A stretch of DNA of 64,000 nt from positions 160,001 to 224,000 of the forward strand of contig OZ244188.1 of NCBI GenBank assembly GCA_965216635.1, read 5' to 3'. The notes under the pieces were generated by a model, which had not been told where the DNA came from, searched no databases, and was given only the letters and a program-made list of their open reading frames with translations. A program made the position numbers and the translations under genes. Positions 1 to 10,306 of this stretch are shown here, one piece after another. The DNA is from a bacterium. GTDB lineage: Bacteria > SAR324 > XYD2-FULL-50-16 > G965216635. The first letter of the stretch is position 1; each line of letters begins with the position of its first letter.

Positions 1-1735
1 TGTATAAATAACCTTTCTTTTCAAGCAATTCTTTAAAAGTTCCTTTTTCTACTATTTTTCCTTGCTCTAAAACTAAAATATAATCCGCGTGTGATAACAC
101 CCTTGCTCTGTGAGAAATAATAAGAACGCTACTGCTATGCTCTTTTTTTATAATTGTTTTTAGTAAAATATTTTCGGTTTCATAATCTAGGGCAGACATA
201 ATATTATCCAAAATCAAGAGTTCACAATTTTCTAGCATTGAGCGAGCAAAAGAAATACGCTGCTTTTGTCCTCCGGAAAGCATAATTCCTTTTTCGCCTA
301 TGAGGGTTTCTTTTTTCTTAGGAAAAATTTTGAGTTCGTTGGTAAGGGCTGATTTTTCAAAAATAGTCCGCCACTCTGCTTTAGTAAGGATTTGCTCTGT
401 TCTCGCTCCGAAAAGAATGTTGTTTGCCACTGTATCGGAAAAAAGAAAGGAATCTTGAGTAACGCTACGGATTAGTTTTCTTAAAATGCGGTAATCAATA
501 TCTTCTATATCTAAATTCCCTATAAAAATACTACCCCTAGGGGCAGAGACATATTTATTCAAGCATCTTGCAAGCGTAGTTTTACCAGAGCCGACAGAAC
601 CTAACACTCCCACAACTTGCCCTTTTTTTATGGAGAAGTTTAAATTTTTTAGCACCGCAGATTCCTTGTCTTCGGGGTAGCAAAAATTCAAATTTTTAAA
701 CCTAATACCTTTAGCTAACTCCTTTTTTACCTGTTCTAGTTTTTGTTTGTCCTTAGTGTTGTAAGCATTTTCTTGAGCGAAAATACTATAAACGCTTTGC
801 AAACCTAATCTGCCTTGTAGTAAAACATTTAAAAACCATCCCATACTCGCCAAAGGTGGTGTCAGAAAAGCAGTATAGCTAATCATTGCAGTAATGTCTC
901 CTATCGTAAAATTGCCTTCAAAAAAATAAATACCACCGACGAAAAAAATTAAGGCTTTGAGCAGACTATCTGTATTATTCAAAATGGGGGAAAACAGGGA
1001 CCTGATTCTGGAAGCCTTGATAGAATTTTGATAAAGTTCTTGATTTTGTTTTGCAAAGTGCTCCTTACTCCAATCTTGCAGATCACAAGAGCGGATCACC
1101 TCCAAACCGTTAAGACTAGAGAGGATACTATTAGATAGCTGTTGCAAACATTTAATCCTTTTGAGGTAAAATTTCATAGAGTAGATAATTCCAGTATGAA
1201 TACCTGAAAAAAGCACAATCAAAGTGATAATGGTGTAGATAGTAACAGTGGGAGAAATTTGCCACATTTTGTAAGGAATGATAGAGAAGGCGCTAAAAAT
1301 ATTAACTAATTGCATCAAACCAAACCCGCAGAGTAGACGTATCCAAATAGTATCGTTATTGATTTGGGAAATAATTTTTCCAGCAAGATTTTTCATAAAA
1401 TACTCACGGGGTAATCGGGTAATTTTTTCAAATAGTTGATTTTTTACCTCAAACTCTATTTTTCTAGCAGTATTAAAAAAAAAAATTCTGGAAAGAGTTC
1501 TGACTCCTACCACCGCCACAGTTAAAAATATAGCCCATCCTACTGCTTGCAAAAATACATTTTGAGATGGATTTACTCCTTGGTACATAAAATCTATAAT
1601 TTCTTTGATACGGATAGGAATAGACGCTAAAATATAGTTCGTAAGTAGGATGAAAACGATTCCTAAAAGATAACTATATTTGTATTTAAAAACATAGCTT
1701 AAAAGAAAACGAAAACTTGGATGGATTTTTAGCAT
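1..1735 (-). CDS. ABC exporter, fused permease/ATP-binding subunit (MdlA/YheI-like); 3' end runs off the window
   Basis: Not in the ORF track. Manual translation from ATG at 1735 gives MLKIHPSFRFLLSYVFKYKYSYLLGIVFILL..., a hydrophobic N-half, Walker A GSVGSGKTT (~575-601) and signature LSGGQKQ (~260-281). Confidence 0.9.
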   Translation of the reverse strand, partial: MLKIHPSFRFLLSYVFKYKYSYLLGIVFILLTNYILASIPIRIKEIIDFMYQGVNPSQNVFLQAVGWAIFLTVAVVGVRTLSRIFFFNTARKIEFEVKNQLFEKITRLPREYFMKNLAGKIISQINNDTIWIRLLCGFGLMQLVNIFSAFSIIPYKMWQISPTVTIYTIITLIVLFSGIHTGIIYSMKFYLKRIKCLQQLSNSILSSLNGLEVIRSCDLQDWSKEHFAKQNQELYQNSIKASRIRSLFSPILNNTDSLLKALIFFVGGIYFFEGNFTIGDITAMISYTAFLTPPLASMGWFLNVLLQGRLGLQSVYSIFAQENAYNTKDKQKLEQVKKELAKGIRFKNLNFCYPEDKESAVLKNLNFSIKKGQVVGVLGSVGSGKTTLARCLNKYVSAPRGSIFIGNLDIEDIDYRILRKLIRSVTQDSFLFSDTVANNILFGARTEQILTKAEWRTIFEKSALTNELKIFPKKKETLIGEKGIMLSGGQKQRISFARSMLENCELLILDNIMSALDYETENILLKTIIKKEHSSSVLIISHRARVLSHADYILVLEQGKIVEKGTFKELLEKKGYLY

Positions 1736-1831
1736 TGAATACTGTTATAGTGGTAGTAAAATTCTTGCATTAACATTACCAGTATAACAGATAAATTTTA
1801 TATTTTCAATTCCATCAAATATCTGCAGCTA

Positions 1832-2218
1832 ATGAAAAAAGAAAATTCCAACGATAAAAAACTCTTTCAAAAAAAAGAAACGGATCTTTATCAAAAAATA
1901 GTCCATTTAGCCCTAGATATTAAAGCCTTCAATGAACAGGTTTATGATTTACGCGAGGTGAGCGCAGAAATGGATTATGCTGTTTTAGTCAACAGTAATT
2001 CCATAATGCACGCTAAAGGTATTAGTGAAAATGTAGAACTACAACTAAAAAAACAAAATGTTTATGCATTAGGAATAGAAGGGAAAAAAGGTAGCGACTG
2101 GATTTTGATGGATTACAACGAAGTTATTTTGCATATTTTTACCGATGAAGCAAGAGAGCACTACGATTTAGATACTGTCTTCCAAAAATATTTCAAAGCT
2201 ACAAAAATAAATCTATGA
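1832..2218 (+). CDS. rsfS: Ribosome silencing factor RsfS (Iojap)
   Basis: Motif EG...WILMDYNEVILHIF...REHYDL; 128 aa. Confidence 0.88.
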   Translation: MKKENSNDKKLFQKKETDLYQKIVHLALDIKAFNEQVYDLREVSAEMDYAVLVNSNSIMHAKGISENVELQLKKQNVYALGIEGKKGSDWILMDYNEVILHIFTDEAREHYDLDTVFQKYFKATKINL

Positions 2219-3021
2219 AAAATTTTCATAAGTCTCTTGCTTTTGTCACACAAAAATACGCCTATAAAGAATCCAGTTTTGTGTGTAATATTTTCAGTCA
2301 AAAATTCGGTAAAGGAAAATTTATGCTTTACGGAGCTACAAAAAATCAGAAGCAATTAAGCAACTATCAAGTGGGCAGTATTATTTCCATAGAAGCAATC
2401 CAAAAAACAACGAGTGAGTGGTTAAGCATCTACGATAACCAGTTAGTTTTAGAAAAAAATCCTAAAGACTATAATGCTTTTTCTTTTCTTTCTTTTATTT
2501 TGGAGTGGGTTTTAAAATGCGAATTTAGTGACAATCTTTTTGAAAAAATTTTTGAAAAATACCACAGCTTGTATCAAAAAATAGATGAACCCTATCCAAG
2601 AATAGTCTATTCTTTTTTGAATTTTTTTTTTCAAGTACTGAGAATGAACGGGTTTGCTCTAAACTGGAAAAATTGTAAATATTGCCAACAGACGAGCTAT
2701 CAAAAAGACGAGCAGCGAGGGTATATTTTTAGAAAAGAAAACTACGATTTTGAGTTTTCCAGCGCTTCTATTGTTTGTAGCCAGTGTTGTAGCGATAAAA
2801 AATTTTCTTTGCAGGCGGCAAATATAAAAATTTTCTTTCATCTATTTTACGAAAATGAAATAACTGCAGAAAATATTCCTCCATCTCTGTTAGCACAGAA
2901 TCTGATTTTACTTTTACAAGCCTACCTTTATCACTACCCAATGAGGCTGAAGTCTGCAGAAAATTTGATGAATTGCTTGAAAGCTATTAGTGCTAATGTG
3001 GAGAGTAAACCTGTTTTATGA
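2215..3021 (+). CDS. recO: DNA repair protein RecO
   Basis: N-terminal OB-fold pattern (YKESSFVCNIFSQKFGK) and zinc-finger CxxC...CxxC in the C-half; divergent. Confidence 0.7.
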   Translation: MKNFHKSLAFVTQKYAYKESSFVCNIFSQKFGKGKFMLYGATKNQKQLSNYQVGSIISIEAIQKTTSEWLSIYDNQLVLEKNPKDYNAFSFLSFILEWVLKCEFSDNLFEKIFEKYHSLYQKIDEPYPRIVYSFLNFFFQVLRMNGFALNWKNCKYCQQTSYQKDEQRGYIFRKENYDFEFSSASIVCSQCCSDKKFSLQAANIKIFFHLFYENEITAENIPPSLLAQNLILLLQAYLYHYPMRLKSAENLMNCLKAISANVESKPVL

Positions 3022-3226
3022 AGGCATTCTAAAGTAATTAACACACAACAAATATATTTAAAAAATTAGTGGTTGCAATAATATTATTTTTATTATACAT
3101 TTAAGCAATGCAGTGTAAGTATGTTTGTGAAAGATAGAGAATTTATTAAAAAAAACTTATAAACAAAGAACGCACCAAGCAAGAAGCAAAAAACTCCCTT
3201 CTTGCCAAAGATAAAATACATAAAAA

Positions 3227-3712
3227 ATGAAAAATTGGTTTCGCTTAACTCATCCACCAGCCACTTTGCTCACTAGCTTGAAAGCAGGTATAGGAGCTGG
3301 TGTTGCCATAGGCTGCTTATTTTTAGTGAGTCAATTTTCTGGAGAATTATTGATTATGGCTCCTTTTGGTGCGAGTAGTGTCTTGCTTTTTGCAGTTCCT
3401 CAAAGTCCTTTAGCTCAACCTGCAAATCTTATAGGAGGACATCTTTTGAGTTCAGCTATAGCTTTAATCTGTGTCTATTTTATTAAAGAGCCTTTGCTAG
3501 CACTCCCTCTAGCTATGATGCTCTCTATCGGACTGATGGCATTTTTTAGACTTACTCATCCACCGGCAGGAGCAGATCCTATTGTAATTGTTTTGGGAGA
3601 ACATACTTGGGAATTCTTTTTTTTTCCTGTATTTATTGGTAGTGTGCTATTGCTTGTTTTAGCAGTATTATATCACCGATTAATTACTAAAATAAAATAT
3701 CCACTAATATAG
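3227..3712 (+). CDS. HPP family membrane protein
   Basis: APFGASSVLLF, SPLAQP and HPPAGA motifs; several TM segments. Confidence 0.92.
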   Translation: MKNWFRLTHPPATLLTSLKAGIGAGVAIGCLFLVSQFSGELLIMAPFGASSVLLFAVPQSPLAQPANLIGGHLLSSAIALICVYFIKEPLLALPLAMMLSIGLMAFFRLTHPPAGADPIVIVLGEHTWEFFFFPVFIGSVLLLVLAVLYHRLITKIKYPLI

Positions 3713-3715
3713 AAA

Positions 3716-4726
3716 ATGATAACCATAATTATAATCGGAATAATTGTACTTCTGCCGTTAGTTTATCTTTCTTTGCTAAAAGGCGAATACGAAGTAAAAA
3801 GAAATATCCTAATCCATAAAAAAGCAAAAGTAATTTTTGATAAAATTTGTGATTTTAAGACTTGGAATGAATGGAGTCCTTGGCTAATTCACGAACCAGA
3901 AACGAAAATCGTCTATAGCCGTGACTTCCAAAAAGAAGGTGGCAGTTATACTTGGGACGGTAAAACTATCGGGTCGGGTAAATTAACGCATACCCGTTTA
4001 GTTTCACCTAACAAAATTGAGCAAAGAATTGATTTCATCAAACCTTTTCGTGCTGTTTGTAGAGTTGCTTGGAAAATTGAAGAAGAAAAAGGGAGCAGCA
4101 AAGTTACTTGGATTATGCAAGGAAAAATGCCTTTCTTGTTTCGCTTTATGACTGCAAAAACAGTCTGTATGATAGAAAAAGACTACGATTTTGGTTTGGC
4201 TATGATCAACGGAATTTTGGATAGCAAGGCAGAAAGACCTGAACTTAGTTTTAATGGAAAAACAGTGTTGGCAGAACAAAACTGTTTAACTAAGTCTTAC
4301 ACTGGTTCTTTTGATAATTTAAAATCAGTAATGTCGCAAACATTTCCCGAGCTTTATCAATACATAGTGAAATCTGAAAACTTAGAAATTGCGGGAGTGC
4401 CTTTTACCGCTTATCGCAAAATGAGCCCAAAGAAAAACACGGTAAAACTGGATATATGCATTCCCATTAAAGGAAGTAGTAGCGCAAACACTTATGAAAT
4501 TAAAACTTTTCCAGCGGGTAAATATTTCAAAAGCACACTCAAAGGAAATTATAAATTTTTAGAGTTTGCTTGGCCCCAAAGTTTTAACCATCTTAAAATG
4601 CAGAAAAAAATACAAAAAATGAGATTTGATTGGCGAAGAGTTTGTTTAGAGTTTTATCCTAATGATCCTACAAAACTAAAACATACTAACGATACTCTTA
4701 CTGAGATCTATATTCCTATAAAATAA
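3716..4726 (+). CDS. SRPBCC (polyketide cyclase-like) plus GyrI-like effector-binding domain protein with N-terminal TM anchor
   Basis: WNEWSPW...YTW...G.G SRPBCC motif; C-terminal LEFYPNDP...LTEIYIPIK GyrI-like motif. Confidence 0.82.
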   Translation: MITIIIIGIIVLLPLVYLSLLKGEYEVKRNILIHKKAKVIFDKICDFKTWNEWSPWLIHEPETKIVYSRDFQKEGGSYTWDGKTIGSGKLTHTRLVSPNKIEQRIDFIKPFRAVCRVAWKIEEEKGSSKVTWIMQGKMPFLFRFMTAKTVCMIEKDYDFGLAMINGILDSKAERPELSFNGKTVLAEQNCLTKSYTGSFDNLKSVMSQTFPELYQYIVKSENLEIAGVPFTAYRKMSPKKNTVKLDICIPIKGSSSANTYEIKTFPAGKYFKSTLKGNYKFLEFAWPQSFNHLKMQKKIQKMRFDWRRVCLEFYPNDPTKLKHTNDTLTEIYIPIK

Positions 4727-4745
4727 GAGACTGTTGAATCAAATT

Positions 4746-5264
4746 ATGTTTAGATTTTTAAAAAAAGTTTTTAAAGCAAAGAGTGGTTTTAGCCATTTAG
4801 ACGTAAGCGGAAAAGCAAAAATGGTTAGCGTGGTAGAAAAAAAGAGAAGTCATAGAGTAGCCTGTGCAAGAGCAATAATCAAAGCAAGTAGTGAGTTAAT
4901 AGAAAAATTGAAACAGAACGATTTGAAAAAAGGAGATACTATTACAGTGGCTAAAGTTGCTGGAATCAGTGCTGCTAAAAAAACTTCTGATTTAATTCCT
5001 CTTTGTCACTCCCTGCCTTTAGAAAATGTTACCCTAGATATAGAATACAACGGTAATCAGATTCGTATTCAAAGCAAGGTAGAATGTTATGGCAAGACCG
5101 GCGTAGAAATGGAAGCCTTGACTGCAGTTTCAGTAGCTGCTTTGACTATTTACGATATGTGCAAATCCATAGACAAAAGCATTATTGTTGAAAAACAAGG
5201 ACTGTATTCCAAAACAGGAGGTAAGTCTGGTGATTTTTTAAATTCTGCAATGGAGTGGAATTAG
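4746..5264 (+). CDS. moaC: Cyclic pyranopterin monophosphate synthase MoaC
   Basis: LIPLCH and TGVEMEALTAV motifs, YDMCKS, KTGGKSG. ATG at 4746 preferred over the TTG at 4734, which lies in a repeat remnant. Confidence 0.95.
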   Translation: MFRFLKKVFKAKSGFSHLDVSGKAKMVSVVEKKRSHRVACARAIIKASSELIEKLKQNDLKKGDTITVAKVAGISAAKKTSDLIPLCHSLPLENVTLDIEYNGNQIRIQSKVECYGKTGVEMEALTAVSVAALTIYDMCKSIDKSIIVEKQGLYSKTGGKSGDFLNSAMEWN

Positions 5265-5447
5265 TCGGGGAAAATCAAATTTGGGAATTATCTTCTTGTT
5301 AGGAAGCAAGAATGAAAAAAAAATAAAGAAATTTTCTAAAATCACTAAAAGTGAAAAGTAAGAAATAGATAAATTATCATCAAATACATTTTTAAGAATG
5401 AACCTCAAAAACTTGCCTAGAAATTTTATTATTCTATATTACTCCTA

Positions 5448-5611
5448 TAGACTTTTGAATTTGCGTTCTGTTTAGCCTATACATCGTTAAAAAAAATTGT
5501 CCCTTGAAATACTTGAGTATTGCTGCGAGCCAAATTTTTTTCGCACCTGTTCTAACCATTTGGCTAGCCTTCGCAGCTGGTTTTGTCCTATTTGGTAAAT
5601 TCAAAGGTCTA
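5448..5611. mobile_element. MITE-like palindromic repeat, complete copy
   Basis: Terminal inverted repeats TAGACTTTTGAATTT ... AAATTCAAAGGTCTA; internal blocks shared with other copies. Confidence 0.8.
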
Positions 5612-5789
5612 TCCTATTTTTTTGGATAATATTTTAGACAAATTTCTTTGTTTTTCTTTAAAAATCCCTATTTATAAGATATTTTTTGATTTTTAAAGCA
5701 ATTTACTCTTATAATTCTTAAAACAAACTTGACAAAAATTTTAAAATTCTTATGCTTTATTATAATTTCAAACTACTTATTTTTAAAAA

Positions 5790-6056
5790 ATGAAACCACA
5801 AGGTGAAGTAAGAATAGACAATGCGGTATTGGTAGCTAGTTTACTGGCTTATTACCGTAAATCTGTTTCTGACGAAAATAAGAATATACTAAAAAAAATC
5901 ATTAAAGATTTTAAAAATGATCCTAAAAATATTCCTCACGATATTGATAGATTTTGCAGATATTTGGAGATGGATAAAAACCTTATGGGTAGTTTGAAAA
6001 CAATGTCTCCTTTAGAAAGAATATTGACATTTCCTAGGAAAGGCAAAAAAAGCTAG
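5790..6056 (+). CDS. Hypothetical protein (88 aa)
   Basis: ORF with plausible composition; upstream TTGACA(5729)-16-TATGCT promoter-like sequence. Confidence 0.6.
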   Translation: MKPQGEVRIDNAVLVASLLAYYRKSVSDENKNILKKIIKDFKNDPKNIPHDIDRFCRYLEMDKNLMGSLKTMSPLERILTFPRKGKKS

Positions 6057-6134
6057 AGAAATCGGATTAAGTGTATGTTTTCTAACATTATTTTCTTGTT
6101 TAAATTTATTTCTAACTCAATTAAAGCGCTATAC

Positions 6135-6163
6135 TTGACAAATTATTTTCTTATGGTTATAAT
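6135..6163 (+). promoter_or_regulatory. Sigma70 promoter of rplJ-rplL
   Basis: Perfect consensus TTGACA-17 nt-TATAAT. Confidence 0.85.
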
Positions 6164-6195
6164 AAACCTAAATTTCAACTAAGAACTGCATTGTT

Positions 6196-6366
6196 TAAGA
6201 CAGTCGGCACCAGTTATCTTAATTTATTAAGGCTATCTTAATTTATTAAGGTAGAGGAAGGTTTAAAAATGCCTACCGAGACGATTTTCCAAATCATTGG
6301 ACAGGGATTAATTAAGATTGCTGAATTAGGGATTCTAGTTCAATAGTCTCTAATGCCTACCGTCTC
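6196..6366 (+). promoter_or_regulatory. L10 leader (ribosomal protein autoregulatory RNA), expanded by insertions
   Basis: TAAGACAG.CGG ... CCTACCGAG halves typical of the L10 leader, upstream of rplJ; GAGACG(6278) can pair with CGTCTC(6361). Confidence 0.65.
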
Positions 6367-6405
6367 ACCTGCCTTTTACCTGCATTTCTACAACATTAAA
6401 AAACA

Positions 6406-6936
6406 TTGTTAACTAGGAAAAACAAAGAAGAACTGTTAACTGAATACAGTGAGATTTTTAATAATCTTTCTTCAGGTATTTTTATAGATTATAAAGGTCT
6501 GACTGTTTTAGAGATTACAGAATTTAGAAAAAAACTAGCAGTGAGTGGTTCTTACTTTAGAGTATTGAAAAATCGTATTGCAAAACGAGCGTTAGCTTCT
6601 TCTCCTTTAAAGGAAGTCGCGAAGGAATTAGTGGAAACTAAAGCACTTATCTACGGTAAAACCGATATGGTGACTTTGGCTAAATTGGTTTGCGGACAAC
6701 TAAGCAGACTGGATAAATGCCAATTAATTAGCGGTTTTACTCTTGAAAAGGAGCAGGTAGAACTTCTTGACGAAAAAAAAGTTGTGGTTATGAGCAAATT
6801 AGCTTCTAAAGAAGAGTTATTGAGTAAATTACTTTTCTTACTCAATGCTCCATTGACAAATTTGGCAAGAGTGCTCAATGAGGTTCCGGCTAAGTTTGTG
6901 CGTTTATTGTCGGCAGTCGCTGATAGTAAAAAATAA
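6406..6936 (+). CDS. rplJ: 50S ribosomal protein L10
   Basis: [38 protein letters not shown] start. Confidence 0.95.
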   Translation: MLTRKNKEELLTEYSEIFNNLSSGIFIDYKGLTVLEITEFRKKLAVSGSYFRVLKNRIAKRALASSPLKEVAKELVETKALIYGKTDMVTLAKLVCGQLSRLDKCQLISGFTLEKEQVELLDEKKVVVMSKLASKEELLSKLLFLLNAPLTNLARVLNEVPAKFVRLLSAVADSKK

Positions 6937-6968
6937 TAAAACCTTTAAATATAATTAAAAAAAAAAAT

Positions 6969-7355
6969 ATGACAACAATAACACAAGATCAGTTGATTGA
7001 GCATATTTCTAAAATGAGTGTTTTAGAAGTATCGGAGTTGGTTAAAGCATTAGAAGAAAAATTTGGTGTAAGCGCAGCCGCCATTGTATCTGCTCCAGCA
7101 GGTGGTGGACAGGTAGCAGAAGCTGTAGAAGAAAAAACAGAATTTGATATAATTCTTAAATCTGCAGGTCCTAATAAAATTGCTGTCATCAAAGCAGTTC
7201 GTGTTTTAAATTCTGCTTTAGGCTTGAAAGAGGCTAAAGATTTGGTAGAATCTGCTAGTGATAATACAAAAATTAAGGAAGCAGTAAAAAAAGAAGAAGC
7301 TGAGGAAATCGTCAAAAAAATTAATGCTACAGGAGCAGAAGCTATTTTGGTTTAA
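6969..7355 (+). CDS. rplL: 50S ribosomal protein L7/L12
   Basis: [38 protein letters not shown]. Confidence 0.98.
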   Translation: MTTITQDQLIEHISKMSVLEVSELVKALEEKFGVSAAAIVSAPAGGGQVAEAVEEKTEFDIILKSAGPNKIAVIKAVRVLNSALGLKEAKDLVESASDNTKIKEAVKKEEAEEIVKKINATGAEAILV

Positions 7356-7420
7356 TTATTTCGGATATTTTTTAGCTTTAAAAATAGGACTTTTTGTCCA
7401 ATTTTCTACTTCCTATCTAA

Positions 7421-7504
7421 GCCGAGGTGGTGAAATTGGTAGACACGCTGGACTCAAAATTCAGTAGACGCAAGTCTGTGTCGGTTCAAGTCCGACCCTC
7501 GGCA
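7421..7504 (+). tRNA. tRNA-Leu(CAA), CCA not encoded
   Basis: Acceptor GCCGAGG/CCTCGGC-A; D loop GGTGAAATTGGTAGAC; anticodon arm CTGGA-CTCAAAA-TTCAG; long variable arm AGAC-GCAA-GTCT; T arm GTCGG-TTCAAGT-CCGAC. Confidence 0.96.
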
Positions 7505-7531
7505 CTTGCATTTTGTGAAAGAATCTATATT

Positions 7532-8710
7532 ATGATATCTTCTCAAATCTCAGAATTTATTCAAAACTCTTCTTGGATTCGCAGAATGTTTGAGGCGGGA
7601 GACGAGATGAGAAAGAGCCTCGGAGAAGAAAATGTTTTTGATTTTTCTTTAGGCAATCCTTGCTTAAAGCCTCCTATAGAAGTGGTGAATGCCTGGATAA
7701 AACATCTACAAAAAAAAAATAGCCATAGCTATACTTCTAATGCAGGGCTTTGGGAAACTAGAGAATTTATTGCACAAAGATTAAAATGCGAGACTTCTCT
7801 TGATTTTACAGCGGATTTAATTACTCTTTGCTGTGGTGCTGGTGGGGGGTTGAATGTTGTTCTACATTCGCTTTTAAACTCGGAAGAAGAGGTTTTAGTT
7901 TCACGACCCTATTTCCCCGAATATTTTTTTTATGCATTCAATCACAGTGGGGTTTTAAAAACAGTCTCAAGCAAACAAAATTTCCAGTTAGATTTAGATA
8001 GTATTGAAAAAAGCTTGTCTAAAAAAACAAAAGTTTTTTTAATCAATTCTCCCAACAATCCTACAGGTGTAGTTTATCAAAAAGAAGATATTCAAAAATT
8101 GGGTTTGCTTTTAGAAAATTATACGCAAAAAAATGGCACATTCATTTACCTTGTATCCGATGAGCCTTATGCAAAAATTATTTACGACGGTGTAAAAAAT
8201 CCGTCAGTTTTTGATTGTTATCAAAATTCTATACGGGTAACTTCTCACTCCAAAGACCTTTCTTTAGCTGGAGAAAGAATAGGATATATAGCCTTGCATC
8301 CAGAAATCCAAGAAAAAGAAAAATTGGTAGAAGCCTGTGGTTTTTCCAATCGCACACTAGGTTTTGTGAATGCTCCAGCTACAATGCAAGCAATTTTACC
8401 AAAAATTTTTGATTTAGCACTAGATTTAGACTACTACCTTGCTTTGAGAAATCTCTTATACGACAGATTGACAAAAATAGGTTACAAAATGCAAAAACCA
8501 CAGGGAGCCTTTTACCTATTCCCAGAATCTTTAGAAAAAGATGATTTGTCTTTTATAAAAAAAGCACTAGAGTTTGGTATTCTTTTAGTTCCGGGATCTG
8601 GATTTGGAATGCCTTCACACTTTCGTTTGTCTTACGCTGTAGATAAATCTATGGCAGAAAGATCACTTTGTGCTTTTGAAGAACTGTTTAACTATTATAA
8701 GAAAAGGTGA
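7532..8710 (+). CDS. PLP-dependent aminotransferase class I/II (aspartate aminotransferase-like)
   Basis: FDFSLGNP, NSPNNPTG, SDEPY, SHSKDLSLAGERIGY. True start is ATG 7532; the track start overlaps the tRNA. Confidence 0.93.
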   Translation: MISSQISEFIQNSSWIRRMFEAGDEMRKSLGEENVFDFSLGNPCLKPPIEVVNAWIKHLQKKNSHSYTSNAGLWETREFIAQRLKCETSLDFTADLITLCCGAGGGLNVVLHSLLNSEEEVLVSRPYFPEYFFYAFNHSGVLKTVSSKQNFQLDLDSIEKSLSKKTKVFLINSPNNPTGVVYQKEDIQKLGLLLENYTQKNGTFIYLVSDEPYAKIIYDGVKNPSVFDCYQNSIRVTSHSKDLSLAGERIGYIALHPEIQEKEKLVEACGFSNRTLGFVNAPATMQAILPKIFDLALDLDYYLALRNLLYDRLTKIGYKMQKPQGAFYLFPESLEKDDLSFIKKALEFGILLVPGSGFGMPSHFRLSYAVDKSMAERSLCAFEELFNYYKKR

Positions 8711-10272
8711 AAATATATCTATTTGATACTACTCTCAGGGATGGAACTCAAGGCGAGGATGTTTCTTTTAGTTTAGAAGACAAACTTAATATCGCAAAAG
8801 CCTTAGATAATTTTGGCATTCACTACATAGAAGCAGGTTGGCCCGGCTCTAATCCTAAAGATATTGAATTTTTTCAGAGAGCAAAAAAAATCAAATTTAA
8901 AAATGCTAAAATCACTGCTTTTGGCTCTACTAGAAAAGCGAATGTGGCTTGTGAAATGGATAACAATTTACAAGCTATTTTAGAAGTCCAACCAAAAGTA
9001 GCCTGTATTTTTGGGAAATCGTGGGATTTTCATGTCAAAACCGCACTCAGAACAAATTTAGAAGAAAATCTAAAAATGATTTCCAGTTCCATCCGCTATC
9101 TAAAGAAAAACCTCAAAGAAGTGATTTATGATGCAGAACATTTTTTTGATGGCTATAAAAATAATCCCGAATACGCTTTAAAAACGATCCAAGTAGCAGC
9201 TGATGCAGGTGCAGATTTTATCGTGCTTTGCGATACTAATGGAGGTGCTTTAAGTTGGGAAATAGAAAAAATTCTAAACGAAGCAAAAAACTATTGCAGT
9301 AAAAAAATAGGCATTCACGCCCACAACGATGGTGAAATGGCAGTAGCTAATAGTCTTGTAGCCTTGCGTAACGGGGCAGAGATGGTGCAAGGGACAATCA
9401 ACGGAATTGGAGAAAGATGCGGTAATGCAAACCTTATTAGTATTATAGCTAATTTACAACTGAAGATGGGATATAAAATTTTACCTGCGAAAAAAATAAC
9501 AACTTTAAGTAATTTAAGCCACTCTATAAGAGAATTTGCTAATTTGGACGAATGGAAAAATCAGCCTTTTGTCGGCAAAAGTGCTTTTGCCCATAAAGGA
9601 GGAATCCATGTTTCAGCTGTGCAAAAAAATGCAACAAGCTACGAGCATATAGAACCAGAACAAGTAGGCAATAGTAGACGCATTTTAGTGAGTGAGCTTA
9701 GTGGTATATCCAATATTCGTTGGAAAATTAAAGAACAAAATTTTAAAATAAACGAAAACGACCCCGAGCTAAAAAAAATTGTAAGCGAACTCAAAAAATC
9801 AGAAAATACAGGTTATTCTTATGAGGGAGCAGATGCTAGTTTGGAATTACTGACACTCCGTAGCAAAAAAATGCTTAAAGAATATTTTGTTTTGGAAGGC
9901 TACCAAGTTTATGACGGTAGGAGAAATCAAGAAAAAGATTCTTATACAGAAGCGAGTATAAAAATCAGTGTTAAAGAAAAAATTTTTCATACCGCAAGTA
10001 GTGGGGATGGACCTGTAGATGCCCTCAATAAATCTTTAAGAAAAGCTCTTAGCAATTTTTTTCCTCGTATACGCTCTGTTCATTTACAAGACTACAAGGT
10101 GCGGATTTTGGATAAAAATAAAGGCACTGCAGCACAGACTAGAGTTTTGATTACCTGTAGCGATGGCAAACAAAATTGGACAACAGTAGGCGTTGATAAA
10201 GATATTATCAGGGCTTCTTATATTGCTCTTACCGATTCTTACATCTACAAACTTTACAAAACAAAGGCTTAG
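8707..10272 (+). CDS. cimA: Citramalate synthase (LeuA/CimA family)
   Basis: DTTLRDGTQGE, GWPGSNPKD, YDAEHFFDG, HAHND, AHKGGIH, C-terminal regulatory domain. Confidence 0.9.
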   Translation: MKIYLFDTTLRDGTQGEDVSFSLEDKLNIAKALDNFGIHYIEAGWPGSNPKDIEFFQRAKKIKFKNAKITAFGSTRKANVACEMDNNLQAILEVQPKVACIFGKSWDFHVKTALRTNLEENLKMISSSIRYLKKNLKEVIYDAEHFFDGYKNNPEYALKTIQVAADAGADFIVLCDTNGGALSWEIEKILNEAKNYCSKKIGIHAHNDGEMAVANSLVALRNGAEMVQGTINGIGERCGNANLISIIANLQLKMGYKILPAKKITTLSNLSHSIREFANLDEWKNQPFVGKSAFAHKGGIHVSAVQKNATSYEHIEPEQVGNSRRILVSELSGISNIRWKIKEQNFKINENDPELKKIVSELKKSENTGYSYEGADASLELLTLRSKKMLKEYFVLEGYQVYDGRRNQEKDSYTEASIKISVKEKIFHTASSGDGPVDALNKSLRKALSNFFPRIRSVHLQDYKVRILDKNKGTAAQTRVLITCSDGKQNWTTVGVDKDIIRASYIALTDSYIYKLYKTKA

Positions 10273-10306
10273 TTTTGTATAAAAAAAGTAGATAGAGCAA
10301 AGATTT

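Noticed and set aside
5265..5447. Possible gene remnant after moaC
   Set aside because: Only short interrupted A-rich frames with no recognisable motif.
7427..7531. N-terminal 35 aa of the 427-aa aminotransferase ORF
   Set aside because: It is the tRNA-Leu sequence read in frame; the real start is ATG 7532.
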